From positions 5,484 to 69,483 of the forward strand of contig JAMPDH010000003.1 of assembly GCA_023665725.1 (NCBI GenBank): a stretch of 64,000 bases of DNA. The letters are read 5' to 3'. The notes under the pieces were generated by a model. It did not search any database, had not been told where the DNA came from, and was given only the letters and a program-made list of their open reading frames with translations. The translations under genes were made by a program, and so were the position numbers. Origin of the DNA: Clostridium sp. Lineage in GTDB: Bacteria; Bacillota_I; Bacilli_A; RF39; UBA660. Positions within the stretch are counted from its first letter, which is position 1. Each line of letters begins with the position of its first letter. Positions 9,863 to 19,023 of this stretch are shown here, piece after piece.

Positions 9863-10630
9863 ATGACTATATATTATTCAATTTGCTTTTTCATATTAGG
9901 GATGGTATTAGGATCATTTTATAATGTAGTTGGTTCTAGAATTCCTAATGGAGAATCAATATTATATCCAGGTTCCCATTGTACTAATTGTAATCATAAA
10001 TTAATGCCATGGGAACTTATTCCTGTTATTTCTTTTTTTCTTTTAAGAGGAAAATGCAGTAGTTGTAAGCAGAAAATATCATGGGTATATCCATTATTTG
10101 AATTATTTTCTGGATTATTATTTATGATAGCGTTTTTAATATTTGGACTTTCTTTAGAACTAATAATATCCTTAACTTTTATTTCACTTATTTTAATAAT
10201 TACAATAAGTGATTTTCAATATATGATAATACCTGATTCAATTATAATTTTTTTCTTTTTGTTAATTAGCGTTGAAATATTTTTTATTAGAGGATCTAAT
10301 TCATTATTATATGGTTTATTTAGCGCTTTAATATCATTTATAGTTATGTTTTTAATAAAAAAATTAGGTGATTTTCTATTTAAAAAAGAATCTATGGGCG
10401 GTGGAGATATTAAACTTCTTTCAATATTTGGACTTACATTAGGTTGGCCTATTGCATTGATATCTATATTTGTTGGAGCTTTAGTAGGATTACCAATTGC
10501 TTTAATTATATGTATAAAACACAATAATCATATTTTACCATTCGGTCCATTACTTGGAATAGGCGCAATAATACTACTTTTTACTAGAATAGATATAAAG
10601 CAAATATTAGATTTTTTTACAATATTTTAA
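9863..10630 (+). CDS. pilD: Prepilin peptidase (A24 family, PilD/ComC).
   Basis: N-terminal tetracysteine (CTNCNHKL...CSSCKQKI), a polytopic membrane domain and the GGGDIKL catalytic region. Confidence 0.85.
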   Translation: MTIYYSICFFILGMVLGSFYNVVGSRIPNGESILYPGSHCTNCNHKLMPWELIPVISFFLLRGKCSSCKQKISWVYPLFELFSGLLFMIAFLIFGLSLELIISLTFISLILIITISDFQYMIIPDSIIIFFFLLISVEIFFIRGSNSLLYGLFSALISFIVMFLIKKLGDFLFKKESMGGGDIKLLSIFGLTLGWPIALISIFVGALVGLPIALIICIKHNNHILPFGPLLGIGAIILLFTRIDIKQILDFFTIF

Positions 10631-10663
10631 AAAACTTTTCAAAATAAAATGAAAAGTTTTTTT
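10630..10663. terminator. Bidirectional intrinsic terminator between pilD(+) and lexA(-).
   Basis: An 11-bp stem (aaaaacttttc / gaaaagttttt) flanked by T-runs on both strands. Confidence 0.65.
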
Positions 10664-10667
10664 AATT

Positions 10668-11285
10668 TTATAATTTTCTATATAATCCTATTGCTTTTCC
10701 TAATACACTAACATTATCTAATATTATAGGACTCATTGTATCATTTTCTGGTTGTAATCTAAAATGATTATTTTCTTTGTAAAACCTTTTAAGTGTTACT
10801 TCATTTTCTTCTGTCATTGCAACAACAATATCTCCATTTTTAGCAGTGTTTTTTCTTTCTACAATAACAATATCATTATCATGTATACCCGCATTAATCA
10901 TACTAGTTCCACTTACTAGTAATGTAAATACTTCTTTGTTATTTGGAATTAGATAAGATGGTAATTGAAAGTATTCATTCGGTTTTTCTATTGCTTCTAT
11001 TGGAGTACCAGCTGTTATTTTGCCAAGTAGTGGAACTGAAACAACATTTTCGTTCTTTTCCTGAAATTCATTTTCTACAAGTAATTCAATAGCCCTATTT
11101 TTAGAACCATCTTTTCTTATAAAACCTTTATTAGAAAGATTATTTAAATGTGCATGAATAGTAGCAGGCGAAGAAACTCCTAAATCCTTACATATTTCTC
11201 TTATAGCCGGTGGATATCCATGAGATACTATAAATTTTTTTATATATGTAAGTATCTCGTCTTGTCTTTTAGTTAATTCTTTCAA
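10668..11285 (-). CDS. lexA: LexA repressor (SOS regulator, S24 peptidase).
   Basis: N-terminal winged HTH (LTKRQDEILTYIKKF...GYPPAIREICKDLGVSSPATIHAHL). The AG cleavage site is in LLGKITAGTPIEA. Catalytic Ser is in VSGTSM and Lys is in TLKRF. Confidence 0.9.
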   Translation of the reverse strand: MKELTKRQDEILTYIKKFIVSHGYPPAIREICKDLGVSSPATIHAHLNNLSNKGFIRKDGSKNRAIELLVENEFQEKNENVVSVPLLGKITAGTPIEAIEKPNEYFQLPSYLIPNNKEVFTLLVSGTSMINAGIHDNDIVIVERKNTAKNGDIVVAMTEENEVTLKRFYKENNHFRLQPENDTMSPIILDNVSVLGKAIGLYRKL

Positions 11286-11362
11286 ATTTAAACCTCCTTT
11301 ACGTACATTTACATTGTAACATATCTTTTTTTAAAAGTCAAACATTTGTTTGATAAAATTAT

Positions 11363-11391
11363 TGACACGAACAATTGTTCATGATAAACTT
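11363..11391. promoter_or_regulatory. Divergent promoter region with a Cheo/SOS box (GAACAATTGTTC at 11369..11380) inside a plus-strand sigma-A promoter (TTGACA, 17 nt, TAAACT).
   Basis: The perfect palindrome CGAACAATTGTTC matches the Firmicutes LexA operator consensus GAAC-N4-GTTC. It lies 84 nt upstream of the lexA start (minus strand) and 33 nt upstream of the small plus-strand ORF. Confidence 0.7.
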
Positions 11392-11412
11392 TAATTAATG
11401 GAGGTAATGATT

Positions 11413-11553
11413 ATGAAAGAAATGTTAAGAAGTAAAGGAATACTATTATTTATAGTTGCATTTATTGGAGTTACATATATTAATGCAATAGGTACAGTTA
11501 GAATAGAAAATAGTAATTATAGTAATAATTATATTGACGAAAATATTAGATAG
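11413..11553 (+). CDS. 46-aa single-TM peptide transcribed divergently from lexA, downstream of the SOS box. Candidate SOS-induced cell-division inhibitor analogous to YneA/SosA.
   Basis: GGAGGT RBS 7 nt before the ATG. The product is MKEMLRSKGILLFIVAFIGVTYINAIGTVRIENSNYSNNYIDENIR. A plausible terminator (aaatatt...aatattttttt) follows. It is absent from the ORF track because it is under 60 aa. Confidence 0.4.
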   Translation: MKEMLRSKGILLFIVAFIGVTYINAIGTVRIENSNYSNNYIDENIR

Positions 11554-11600
11554 AGTGTTATTTAATATTTTTTTGTATAAGAAAAAGTGTATTAAACACT

Positions 11601-12899
11601 TTATAAATCCCAATCTAAATCTAAATCTAAATTATCATCTAATTTTTCATTATGAGAAATATTAGTAAAATCTATTGCAGTTTTTAAATCATATTGTGAA
11701 TCTTTAGATTCTTCATCATCTTCTAGTTCGATAAGTTTTAAAATTTCCTCAATAGTGGTTTCTCCTTCTACAACTTTTTCAAGTCCATCTTGCAAAAGGG
11801 TTATAACATCAGATTGATAAACTAACTCTCTTAATTTTTCTTTTGGTAGATTTGCAGATAGGGCATCTTTGATTTTTTGATCAATCATTAATATTTCATG
11901 TATAGCAACTCTTCCATGGTATCCGTTTCCACATTCTTCACATCCAACAGGACTATATATATAATCAACATTTTTTCCTAAAACTTTCATAAGTAAATTT
12001 TTTTCATATGTATTTGTAGGACGTTTTTCTCTACAATTTTTGCATAATTTACGAGCTAAATTTTGAGATATAATTCCTGTTAATGCACTTGCAAGTAAGT
12101 ATCTTTCAACTTCCATATCTAATAAACGCTCAATAGTATTAAGTGAGTTATTAGTATGCAATGTAGATAATACTAAATGTCCAGTTATAGAAGCTCTTAC
12201 AGCAATTTTTGCAGTTTCAGTGTCACGAATTTCTCCAATCATTATTATATTAGGGTCTTGACGAAGTATAGAACGTAGTGCTGTTGCAAAATCTAATCCG
12301 ATTTCACTATTTGTTTGAATCTGATTAATTCCTTCTATATCCATTTCTATCGGATCTTCAACCGTTATTATATTTGTTTGTTCTTTGTTTAGTCTTTGAA
12401 GAATAGAGTAAACTGTTGTAGATTTTCCTGTTCCAGTAGCACCTGTAACTAATATTATTCCATTAGGAACTTCTATCATTTTTAAAACTTTTTTGTAATT
12501 TTGTTCACTAAAACCTAAAGATTCAAGTCCTGCTAAACTCATGGAATAGTCTAATATACGAATAACTACTTTTTCTCCTTCACTTGTAGGAATTGATGAA
12601 ACACGAAGATCCAAATTTAAATCTTGTAAGGTTGTTTTAATCGCACCATCTTGAGGTAAACGAGACTCAGTTATATTCATACCACTTATTATCTTTATAC
12701 GAGTAATAAGATTTTTTTTAATGCTATTAGGTATAATGCAGTAATCTATCAAAGCACCATCTATTCTAATTCTTACTTTCATATGCTCAGTTAATGGATC
12801 AAAATGTATATCACTTGCTTCACGTTTTGCAGAGTCAACTAATATTTCATTTACTATCTCCACAACTGGCATTTTATCAAAATCAAATACTTTTATCAC
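11601..12899 (-). CDS. pilB: Type IV pilus assembly ATPase of the PilB/GspE type. Short form, 432 aa, lacking the N-terminal GSPII domains.
   Basis: GTG start with a GGAGAG RBS. Walker A (GATGTGKSTT), Asp/His boxes, and the C-terminal tetracysteine CKNC...CEEC typical of GspE/PilB and absent from PilT. The acidic DLDLDWDL tail is unusual. Confidence 0.85.
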   Translation of the reverse strand: MIKVFDFDKMPVVEIVNEILVDSAKREASDIHFDPLTEHMKVRIRIDGALIDYCIIPNSIKKNLITRIKIISGMNITESRLPQDGAIKTTLQDLNLDLRVSSIPTSEGEKVVIRILDYSMSLAGLESLGFSEQNYKKVLKMIEVPNGIILVTGATGTGKSTTVYSILQRLNKEQTNIITVEDPIEMDIEGINQIQTNSEIGLDFATALRSILRQDPNIIMIGEIRDTETAKIAVRASITGHLVLSTLHTNNSLNTIERLLDMEVERYLLASALTGIISQNLARKLCKNCREKRPTNTYEKNLLMKVLGKNVDYIYSPVGCEECGNGYHGRVAIHEILMIDQKIKDALSANLPKEKLRELVYQSDVITLLQDGLEKVVEGETTIEEILKLIELEDDEESKDSQYDLKTAIDFTNISHNEKLDDNLDLDLDWDL

Positions 12900-12996
12900 A
12901 AAATTCTCTCCTTTTATTCTTTTTTAGGACTAGTATTTATCCTTGATTTATTATATAATATAATCGTAATAATATCAAGATAAAGGGGAAAATTTT

Positions 12997-14088
12997 ATGA
13001 AAAAAAACGAAAAAGGCTTTATATTAACTGAAGTTTTGATAATATCTGCTATAGTTTTAGGGGTATTAGTATTTATGTATGCACAATTTAGAAATATAAA
13101 TGTTAGTTTTAGGCAAACATATAGATATAATACAGTAGAAGGAATATATAAAGCCAATGAAATAAAAAAATTTATAGAATCTGATGCTATTAATAGTATG
13201 ATATCACTACTTAATGATGAAAATAAAACTTATATAGATATAACTGAATGTGATGTATCTACATATAATAATCCGAGTTTTTGTAAAATATTGTATGAAA
13301 AATTAGGAATTAAATCTGTATTATTATTGAATGAAGATGTTACTAGTTTAGTTAATTCGGGTATGGATAACTTAGATAATGGTACTAAGAATTTTATTAA
13401 ATATGTTGGAAAAAACTATACAGGTAATTATTATAGGATTATTGCTGTATTTGATGATGATACATATTCAACAGTTAGAATTGACATATTAAAGGATAGA
13501 TATGATTTTACTTATAATGAAGATATGTATACATTTGTAGTTCCAGCAAATGGTTATTATCAAATAGAATTATGGGGCGCGAGTGGAAGTCAGGATATTA
13601 ATACTACGGCTAGAGGAGCATATACAAGAGGTACCATATATTTGGAAAAAGATACTAAATTATACATATATGTCGGAGTCCAAGGGGATAATTCTATACA
13701 TCGTGGAGAGGATTATATAAGTAATCTAGGTGGGTATCAAGTAACAAATAATAATGAATTAATTGGCGGAGAAGAAACAGATATACGTCTAGTAAAAGGT
13801 AATCCATTAAACTTTGATAGTTTAAAATCTAGAATAATGGTTGCTGATGGTGGAACAGGATCTTCATTTATATCAGGTTATGATGGTTGCGACGCATTAA
13901 GTGAATCATCAACTATTGATAATGTAATCAATACAGGAAAATCAATTCATTACAGTGGTTATAAATTTGAAAATGCTATCATGATTGCTGGAAATAAGGA
14001 AATACCAAGTTATAATAATGGTTTCACAACTGGCAATATAGGTAATGGATATGCTAGGATTACTGTGATGTCAATAGAAGGAGTGTAG
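12997..14088 (+). CDS. Type IV pilin-like protein (class III signal peptide) with a C-terminal glycine-rich domain (ALK/LTK-type Gly_rich fold).
   Basis: AAGGGG RBS. The leader MKKNEKG|FILTEVLI carries G-1, F+1 and E+5. The C-terminal YTFVVPANGYYQIELWGASGS...ARGAYTRG...LYIYVGVQG...GGEETDIRL...MVADGGTG matches the glycine-rich domain signature. Confidence 0.7.
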   Translation: MKKNEKGFILTEVLIISAIVLGVLVFMYAQFRNINVSFRQTYRYNTVEGIYKANEIKKFIESDAINSMISLLNDENKTYIDITECDVSTYNNPSFCKILYEKLGIKSVLLLNEDVTSLVNSGMDNLDNGTKNFIKYVGKNYTGNYYRIIAVFDDDTYSTVRIDILKDRYDFTYNEDMYTFVVPANGYYQIELWGASGSQDINTTARGAYTRGTIYLEKDTKLYIYVGVQGDNSIHRGEDYISNLGGYQVTNNNELIGGEETDIRLVKGNPLNFDSLKSRIMVADGGTGSSFISGYDGCDALSESSTIDNVINTGKSIHYSGYKFENAIMIAGNKEIPSYNNGFTTGNIGNGYARITVMSIEGV

Positions 14089-14090
14089 TT

Positions 14091-15209
14091 ATGAAAAAGA
14101 ATGCTTTTACTATAGTAGAATTAATAGTTTCACTAAGTATAACTTTAGTTGTAATGATTATACTCTATGAAATTATAATTTTACTTAAAGACACATTTCA
14201 ATCATCTAGTTTAAAAACAGAAATTTTAAATAAGGAGTCTATATTAATTGATAATATGTATTCCGATTTTAATAATAATTCTGTTTCTTCAATTATACAA
14301 TGTGGTGACTATTGTTTAGATTTTACAATGACTAATGCAAATACAAAACGTTTACAAATTGACAAAGAAAACTTAACAATTTCTTATGGAGATTATATTA
14401 TAAAATTAAAAGACACTTATAGTATAGGAAATATATATTTTTCAAATGATTCTATTGCTTCATATGATAACAACAATAATTCTATTTTAGCTATAAAAAT
14501 ACCAATATATTCTAAAGTAAGTGGAAACGAGGATTTAGGAATAAAAATTGCATTTTCTTATAATAGTAGGCAAGTTTCCATAGGTCCAATTTATATAGTT
14601 GATAATACAAACGATTGTAGTGATAACACATTTTGTAAAGACAGTAAATATAATATAGGTGACAAGGTTAAATTAGCCGGATTTAATTGGCATATTATAG
14701 AAGATAATGAATCTACTATTACACTTTTACTTGATACAAGTGAAATACCTAACAGAAGTCATGTTACTCAAACAATGACATCATACAATTGGTCTACATC
14801 ATATATAAATGACTATTTAAATAATAATTTTTATAATTTATTAAAAATAAATGGTTTAAATTTGGATTATATAATAACATCTAAAACAGGAATATGTGAT
14901 GATAAAACTTTAAGTGGTGGTAATCCTGGAAGTCTTTCAACAGAAGGAACTACTTGTAATTCAAACTATATATATTCTAACGTAAGAATGATGTCAGTAG
15001 ATGAATTCCAAAAATTAAAAAATTATTTAACCGAAAATAATATAAATTCTGAATTTTTATATTCTTCTACTGCTGGTAAATGGGCTTTGATTAATGGAGT
15101 TAAAGATAAAAATAATATAGTTCAAATTGATGAAAATGGAAATACAATTGAAGATAACTACTCATCACTTCTAAATGTGAGAGCTGTAATTGAGATAAGA
15201 AAAAAATAA
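14091..15209 (+). CDS. Pseudopilin-like protein with a prepilin-type N-terminus and a C-terminal DUF6273-like domain.
   Basis: GAAGGAG RBS overlapping the upstream stop. The leader MKKNA|FTIVELIV has F+1 and E+5. The C-terminal VKLAGFNWHIIEDNESTITLLLD...MMSVDEFQKL...LLNVRAVIEI has the same architecture as the 775..2073 product. Confidence 0.65.
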   Translation: MKKNAFTIVELIVSLSITLVVMIILYEIIILLKDTFQSSSLKTEILNKESILIDNMYSDFNNNSVSSIIQCGDYCLDFTMTNANTKRLQIDKENLTISYGDYIIKLKDTYSIGNIYFSNDSIASYDNNNNSILAIKIPIYSKVSGNEDLGIKIAFSYNSRQVSIGPIYIVDNTNDCSDNTFCKDSKYNIGDKVKLAGFNWHIIEDNESTITLLLDTSEIPNRSHVTQTMTSYNWSTSYINDYLNNNFYNLLKINGLNLDYIITSKTGICDDKTLSGGNPGSLSTEGTTCNSNYIYSNVRMMSVDEFQKLKNYLTENNINSEFLYSSTAGKWALINGVKDKNNIVQIDENGNTIEDNYSSLLNVRAVIEIRKK

Positions 15210-15220
15210 AATTATAAAAG

Positions 15221-15257
15221 ATTAGTAATACAATATAAAAAGTTACTAATTTTTTTC
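15221..15257 (+). terminator. Intrinsic terminator after the pilin operon.
   Basis: An 8-bp stem (attagtaa / ttactaat) and 14-nt loop, followed by TTTTTTTC. Confidence 0.55.
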
Positions 15258-15366
15258 TTAAATACAAAACTAGGGATATACTAAATTTCTTTAGTTTTGT
15301 ATAATTTATTTGGTTTTTAAAAGATTTTATAGTATAATTATTAAAGTTTAATAGGATGTGAAAAAT

Positions 15367-18309
15367 ATGTATTTAAAAAAAATAATAGCGCATGGATTTA
15401 AATCATTTGCCGATAAAATAGTAATAGATATGAATGATGGAATAAATGGTATTGTAGGGCCAAATGGTAGTGGTAAAAGTAATGTAGTAGATGCAGTAAG
15501 ATGGGTTCTTGGGGAACAATCAATTAAATCATTAAGAGGAGATTCTAATATGACTGATGTAATATTTTCTGGTAGCAAATCTAGAAATATATCAAATGTT
15601 GCATCAGTATCACTTATATTTGATAATACCGATTCCTATTTACCTATACCATATAGTGAAGTTTCTATAAAAAGAAGAGTATATAGAGATGGGACTAATG
15701 AATATTATTTAAATAATGAAAAATGTAGATTAAAAGACATACAAAATATACTGCTTGATAGTGGTATGGAAAAAGAAAGTTTTAATATAATATCTCAAGG
15801 TAAAATCGAAGAAATAATATCAAGTAAACCAGAAGACAGAAGAATAATAATAGAAGAAGCTGCGAGTGTTTTAAAATATAAAAAAAGAAAAGAAGAGTCT
15901 TTAAGAAAATTAGATAAAACACATTTAAATATGAGCCGTGTTAATGATATAATATCAGAACTTGAAAAGACAGTTGAACCTTTAAAAGAACAAAAGGATA
16001 AGGCTTTAGAATACATTTCTGTTAAAGATGAATTAACTGATATAGAGATAGCTTTAATAACTCACGATATTACAAATATGAATTATAAATATCAAGAAAA
16101 AAAGGCTATAATAGAAAAATTAAATCAGGAATTAATAGAATTTAATAGTAAAGCAAGTACAAATGATGCAAATATTGAAGAAAATAAACTAAAACTTACA
16201 AAAGTAGAGGAAAAAATAAAGGAAACTCAAAGTGACCTTATTAAAATAACTGCTGAAGTTGAAAAAATAAATGGGCAAAAAAATATAATATTAGAAAGAA
16301 AAAAGTATGAAGTAGATGATATAAAACTTCACAACAATATATTAGAATTAAAGGAAAGCCTACTTAAAATAGATAATGAAATAAATTCAACAAAAACTAT
16401 ATTAAATACTAAAGAACAAGAATTAAATAAAAATTTAGAAAATTCTATATATCAAGAAAAAATTATAAATGATATAAAAACAAATAAAAATAAAATACAA
16501 ATAGAATTATCAAATAAAATAAAAGAAGAAAATCATATACAAAATAAAGTAGAAAGGTTAAAACAAAATATAGAAAATAATGGTATCATACCTAATTCAA
16601 TAAATTCAATACTTAATAATATAAAATTAAAAGGAATACATAATATAGTAGGAAATCTAATAAATGTAGATGAAAAATATTCAAACGCTATACAAATTTC
16701 ATTAGGATTTAGTATAAATAATATAGTTGTTGATAATGAATTAAGTGCTAAGGAAGCAATAAACTATTTGAAAAAAGAAAAATTAGGTCGTGCTACTTTT
16801 TTACCACTTAATGTCATGAAATCTAAATCATTAGACTCTACAATACTTAATTTAATAGATGGAGAAAATATTATATCAACAGCAGATAAACTAATTACAT
16901 ATGATTTAAAATATAAAAATATAATAGAGAATTTACTTGGGAATGTTATTGTATGTAAAAACTTAGATATTGCAAATAATTTATCTAAAAAAATTAATTA
17001 TAGATATAAAATTGTAACAATAGATGGAGAACTTATACATGTAGGTGGTTCCGTTACAGGTGGACAAGTTCAAACACAAAGTAACATTATCTCTATAAAA
17101 TATGAATATGAAAATACTCTAAAAGAATTAAAAAAGATAGAAGAATCTGCTACTAAACTTGAAGAAAACATTAACTTATTAGATAAGAATATACAAATAG
17201 AATTGGATAAACTTTATATAATAAATAAAAATAAAATTAATATAGAAAATCAAATAGCAGAATTAAAAACAAAATTAAGTGATTTACTATTAAAAAAGGA
17301 AACTTGCAATCAAGAATTGACTGGAACAAATAACTTAGTAAACAATTCAATATCTAACGAAGAAGAAGAAATATTAAATTTACTATATAAAACTCAAAAT
17401 GAAAAAAATGAAATAGAAGTAAAGCTTAATACACTTAATAACGAAAAATATGAACTAAATGATAAAATAGAACAAATAGAGTATCAGTTTAAAAAGGAAA
17501 ATTTATGCTTAAATCAAAAAAACAACGAATTAAAAGAAGCGGAAATAGAAGTAAATCGTTTAGATGTAAAATTAGATAATTTACTTAATACTCTTAGTGA
17601 AACATATAATATGACTTATGAAAAAGCAATAACATTATATAAACTAGAGTTAGATACTGAAACAGCAAGAAATAAAGTAAATATGTTAAAAAGAAAATTA
17701 AAGGAAATAGGAGAAGTAAATTTAACCGCACCAGAAGAATATGAAAACGTAAGTAAAAGATATGAATTTTTAATAGAACAAAGAAACGATTTAGTAAATG
17801 CCGAAAATACATTACTTGAAATAATAAATGAAATGGATTCGGTTATGAAAAAGGAATTTTTGAGCTCATTTAAAATCATAAACGAAAACTTTAAACAAAC
17901 TTTTAAAGAACTATTTAAGGGCGGGACTGCTAGCCTTAAATTATTAGATGAAAATAACTTACTAGAAACCGGTATTGAAATAATAGCATCACCACCTGGT
18001 AAAAAACTTACAAGTATAACCTTACTTTCAGGAGGGGAAAAAACGCTTACCTCTATAAGCTTACTATTTGCTATATTAAAATCACGTCCTGTACCTTTTT
18101 GTATACTAGATGAGGTAGAGGCTGCACTTGATGAGGTAAATGTAGATAGTTTTGGTAATTATTTAAAATCTTTAAAGGATAAAACACAATTTATATTAAT
18201 AACACATAAAAAGAAAACGATGGAATATGCAGATTTATTGTATGGTATAACTATGCAAGAATCAGGGGTTAGTAAATTAGTAAGTGTAAGATTAGAAGAA
18301 ATATCTTAA
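15367..18309 (+). CDS. smc: Chromosome segregation protein SMC (short form, 980 aa).
   Basis: N-terminal Walker A (GPNGSGKSNVVDAVRWVLGEQS), long coiled coils, a hinge (GIHNIVGNLINVDEKYSNAIQISLG), and the C-terminal signature LSGGEKTLTSISLLFAILKSRPVPFCILDEVEAALD. The ATG at 15367 aligns to the canonical MxLKxLxxxGFKSF start. Confidence 0.85.
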   Translation: MYLKKIIAHGFKSFADKIVIDMNDGINGIVGPNGSGKSNVVDAVRWVLGEQSIKSLRGDSNMTDVIFSGSKSRNISNVASVSLIFDNTDSYLPIPYSEVSIKRRVYRDGTNEYYLNNEKCRLKDIQNILLDSGMEKESFNIISQGKIEEIISSKPEDRRIIIEEAASVLKYKKRKEESLRKLDKTHLNMSRVNDIISELEKTVEPLKEQKDKALEYISVKDELTDIEIALITHDITNMNYKYQEKKAIIEKLNQELIEFNSKASTNDANIEENKLKLTKVEEKIKETQSDLIKITAEVEKINGQKNIILERKKYEVDDIKLHNNILELKESLLKIDNEINSTKTILNTKEQELNKNLENSIYQEKIINDIKTNKNKIQIELSNKIKEENHIQNKVERLKQNIENNGIIPNSINSILNNIKLKGIHNIVGNLINVDEKYSNAIQISLGFSINNIVVDNELSAKEAINYLKKEKLGRATFLPLNVMKSKSLDSTILNLIDGENIISTADKLITYDLKYKNIIENLLGNVIVCKNLDIANNLSKKINYRYKIVTIDGELIHVGGSVTGGQVQTQSNIISIKYEYENTLKELKKIEESATKLEENINLLDKNIQIELDKLYIINKNKINIENQIAELKTKLSDLLLKKETCNQELTGTNNLVNNSISNEEEEILNLLYKTQNEKNEIEVKLNTLNNEKYELNDKIEQIEYQFKKENLCLNQKNNELKEAEIEVNRLDVKLDNLLNTLSETYNMTYEKAITLYKLELDTETARNKVNMLKRKLKEIGEVNLTAPEEYENVSKRYEFLIEQRNDLVNAENTLLEIINEMDSVMKKEFLSSFKIINENFKQTFKELFKGGTASLKLLDENNLLETGIEIIASPPGKKLTSITLLSGGEKTLTSISLLFAILKSRPVPFCILDEVEAALDEVNVDSFGNYLKSLKDKTQFILITHKKKTMEYADLLYGITMQESGVSKLVSVRLEEIS

Positions 18310-18357
18310 GTTTCACGTATTTTTCATAATATATATGTATTATATAAATGGAGAGTG

Positions 18358-19023
18358 ATGTATTTGAAAATTTTAATAGTTGATGATGAAGCCCTTATTA
18401 GAAATGTTATAAAAGAATATTGTGAAGCAGAAAATTTTGAAGTTATTGAAGCAGAAAACGGAATACAAGCAATAGAAATTGTAAGTAACGATGCAATAGA
18501 CTTAATTGTATTAGATGTAATGATGCCAAAGCTTAATGGATTGAGTGCATTTAAAGAAATAAAAAAACTTAAAAATATTCCAACTATTATGTTATCAGCT
18601 AGAAAAGAAGAGTTTGATAAATTAACTGGATTTGATTTAGGAGTAGATGATTATGTAACTAAACCTTTTAGTCCAAAAGAATTGATAGCTAGAATAAAAG
18701 CAGTTTTAAAAAGAACAAAAAATATAGATAATATATATATTTATAATGATTTAAAAATGGATTTTAAAGGAAGAGTTGTAACAGTTGAAAATAAAGAATT
18801 GAAATTAACACCTAAAGAATTTGATCTTTTAAATTATTTTATACAAAATAAAGGAATTGCCTTATCTAGAGAGCAGCTTTTATCTAATGTATGGGGATAT
18901 GATTTTTTTGGAGATGATAGAACTATAGACACTCATATAAAAATGCTTCGAAATAATCTTGGAAAATATAGAAATTTAATAACAACAGTAAGAGGAGTAG
19001 GATATAAATATAATGAAACATAA
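18358..19023 (+). CDS. OmpR-family response regulator (receiver plus winged-helix).
   Basis: (M)KILIVDDE...DLIVLDVMMPKLNG...KP receiver motifs and a trans_reg_C C-terminus (LTPKEFDLLNYF...VRGVGYKY). The true start may be the TTG at 18364, which gives ideal spacing to the GGAGAG RBS. Confidence 0.85.
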   Translation: MYLKILIVDDEALIRNVIKEYCEAENFEVIEAENGIQAIEIVSNDAIDLIVLDVMMPKLNGLSAFKEIKKLKNIPTIMLSARKEEFDKLTGFDLGVDDYVTKPFSPKELIARIKAVLKRTKNIDNIYIYNDLKMDFKGRVVTVENKELKLTPKEFDLLNYFIQNKGIALSREQLLSNVWGYDFFGDDRTIDTHIKMLRNNLGKYRNLITTVRGVGYKYNET

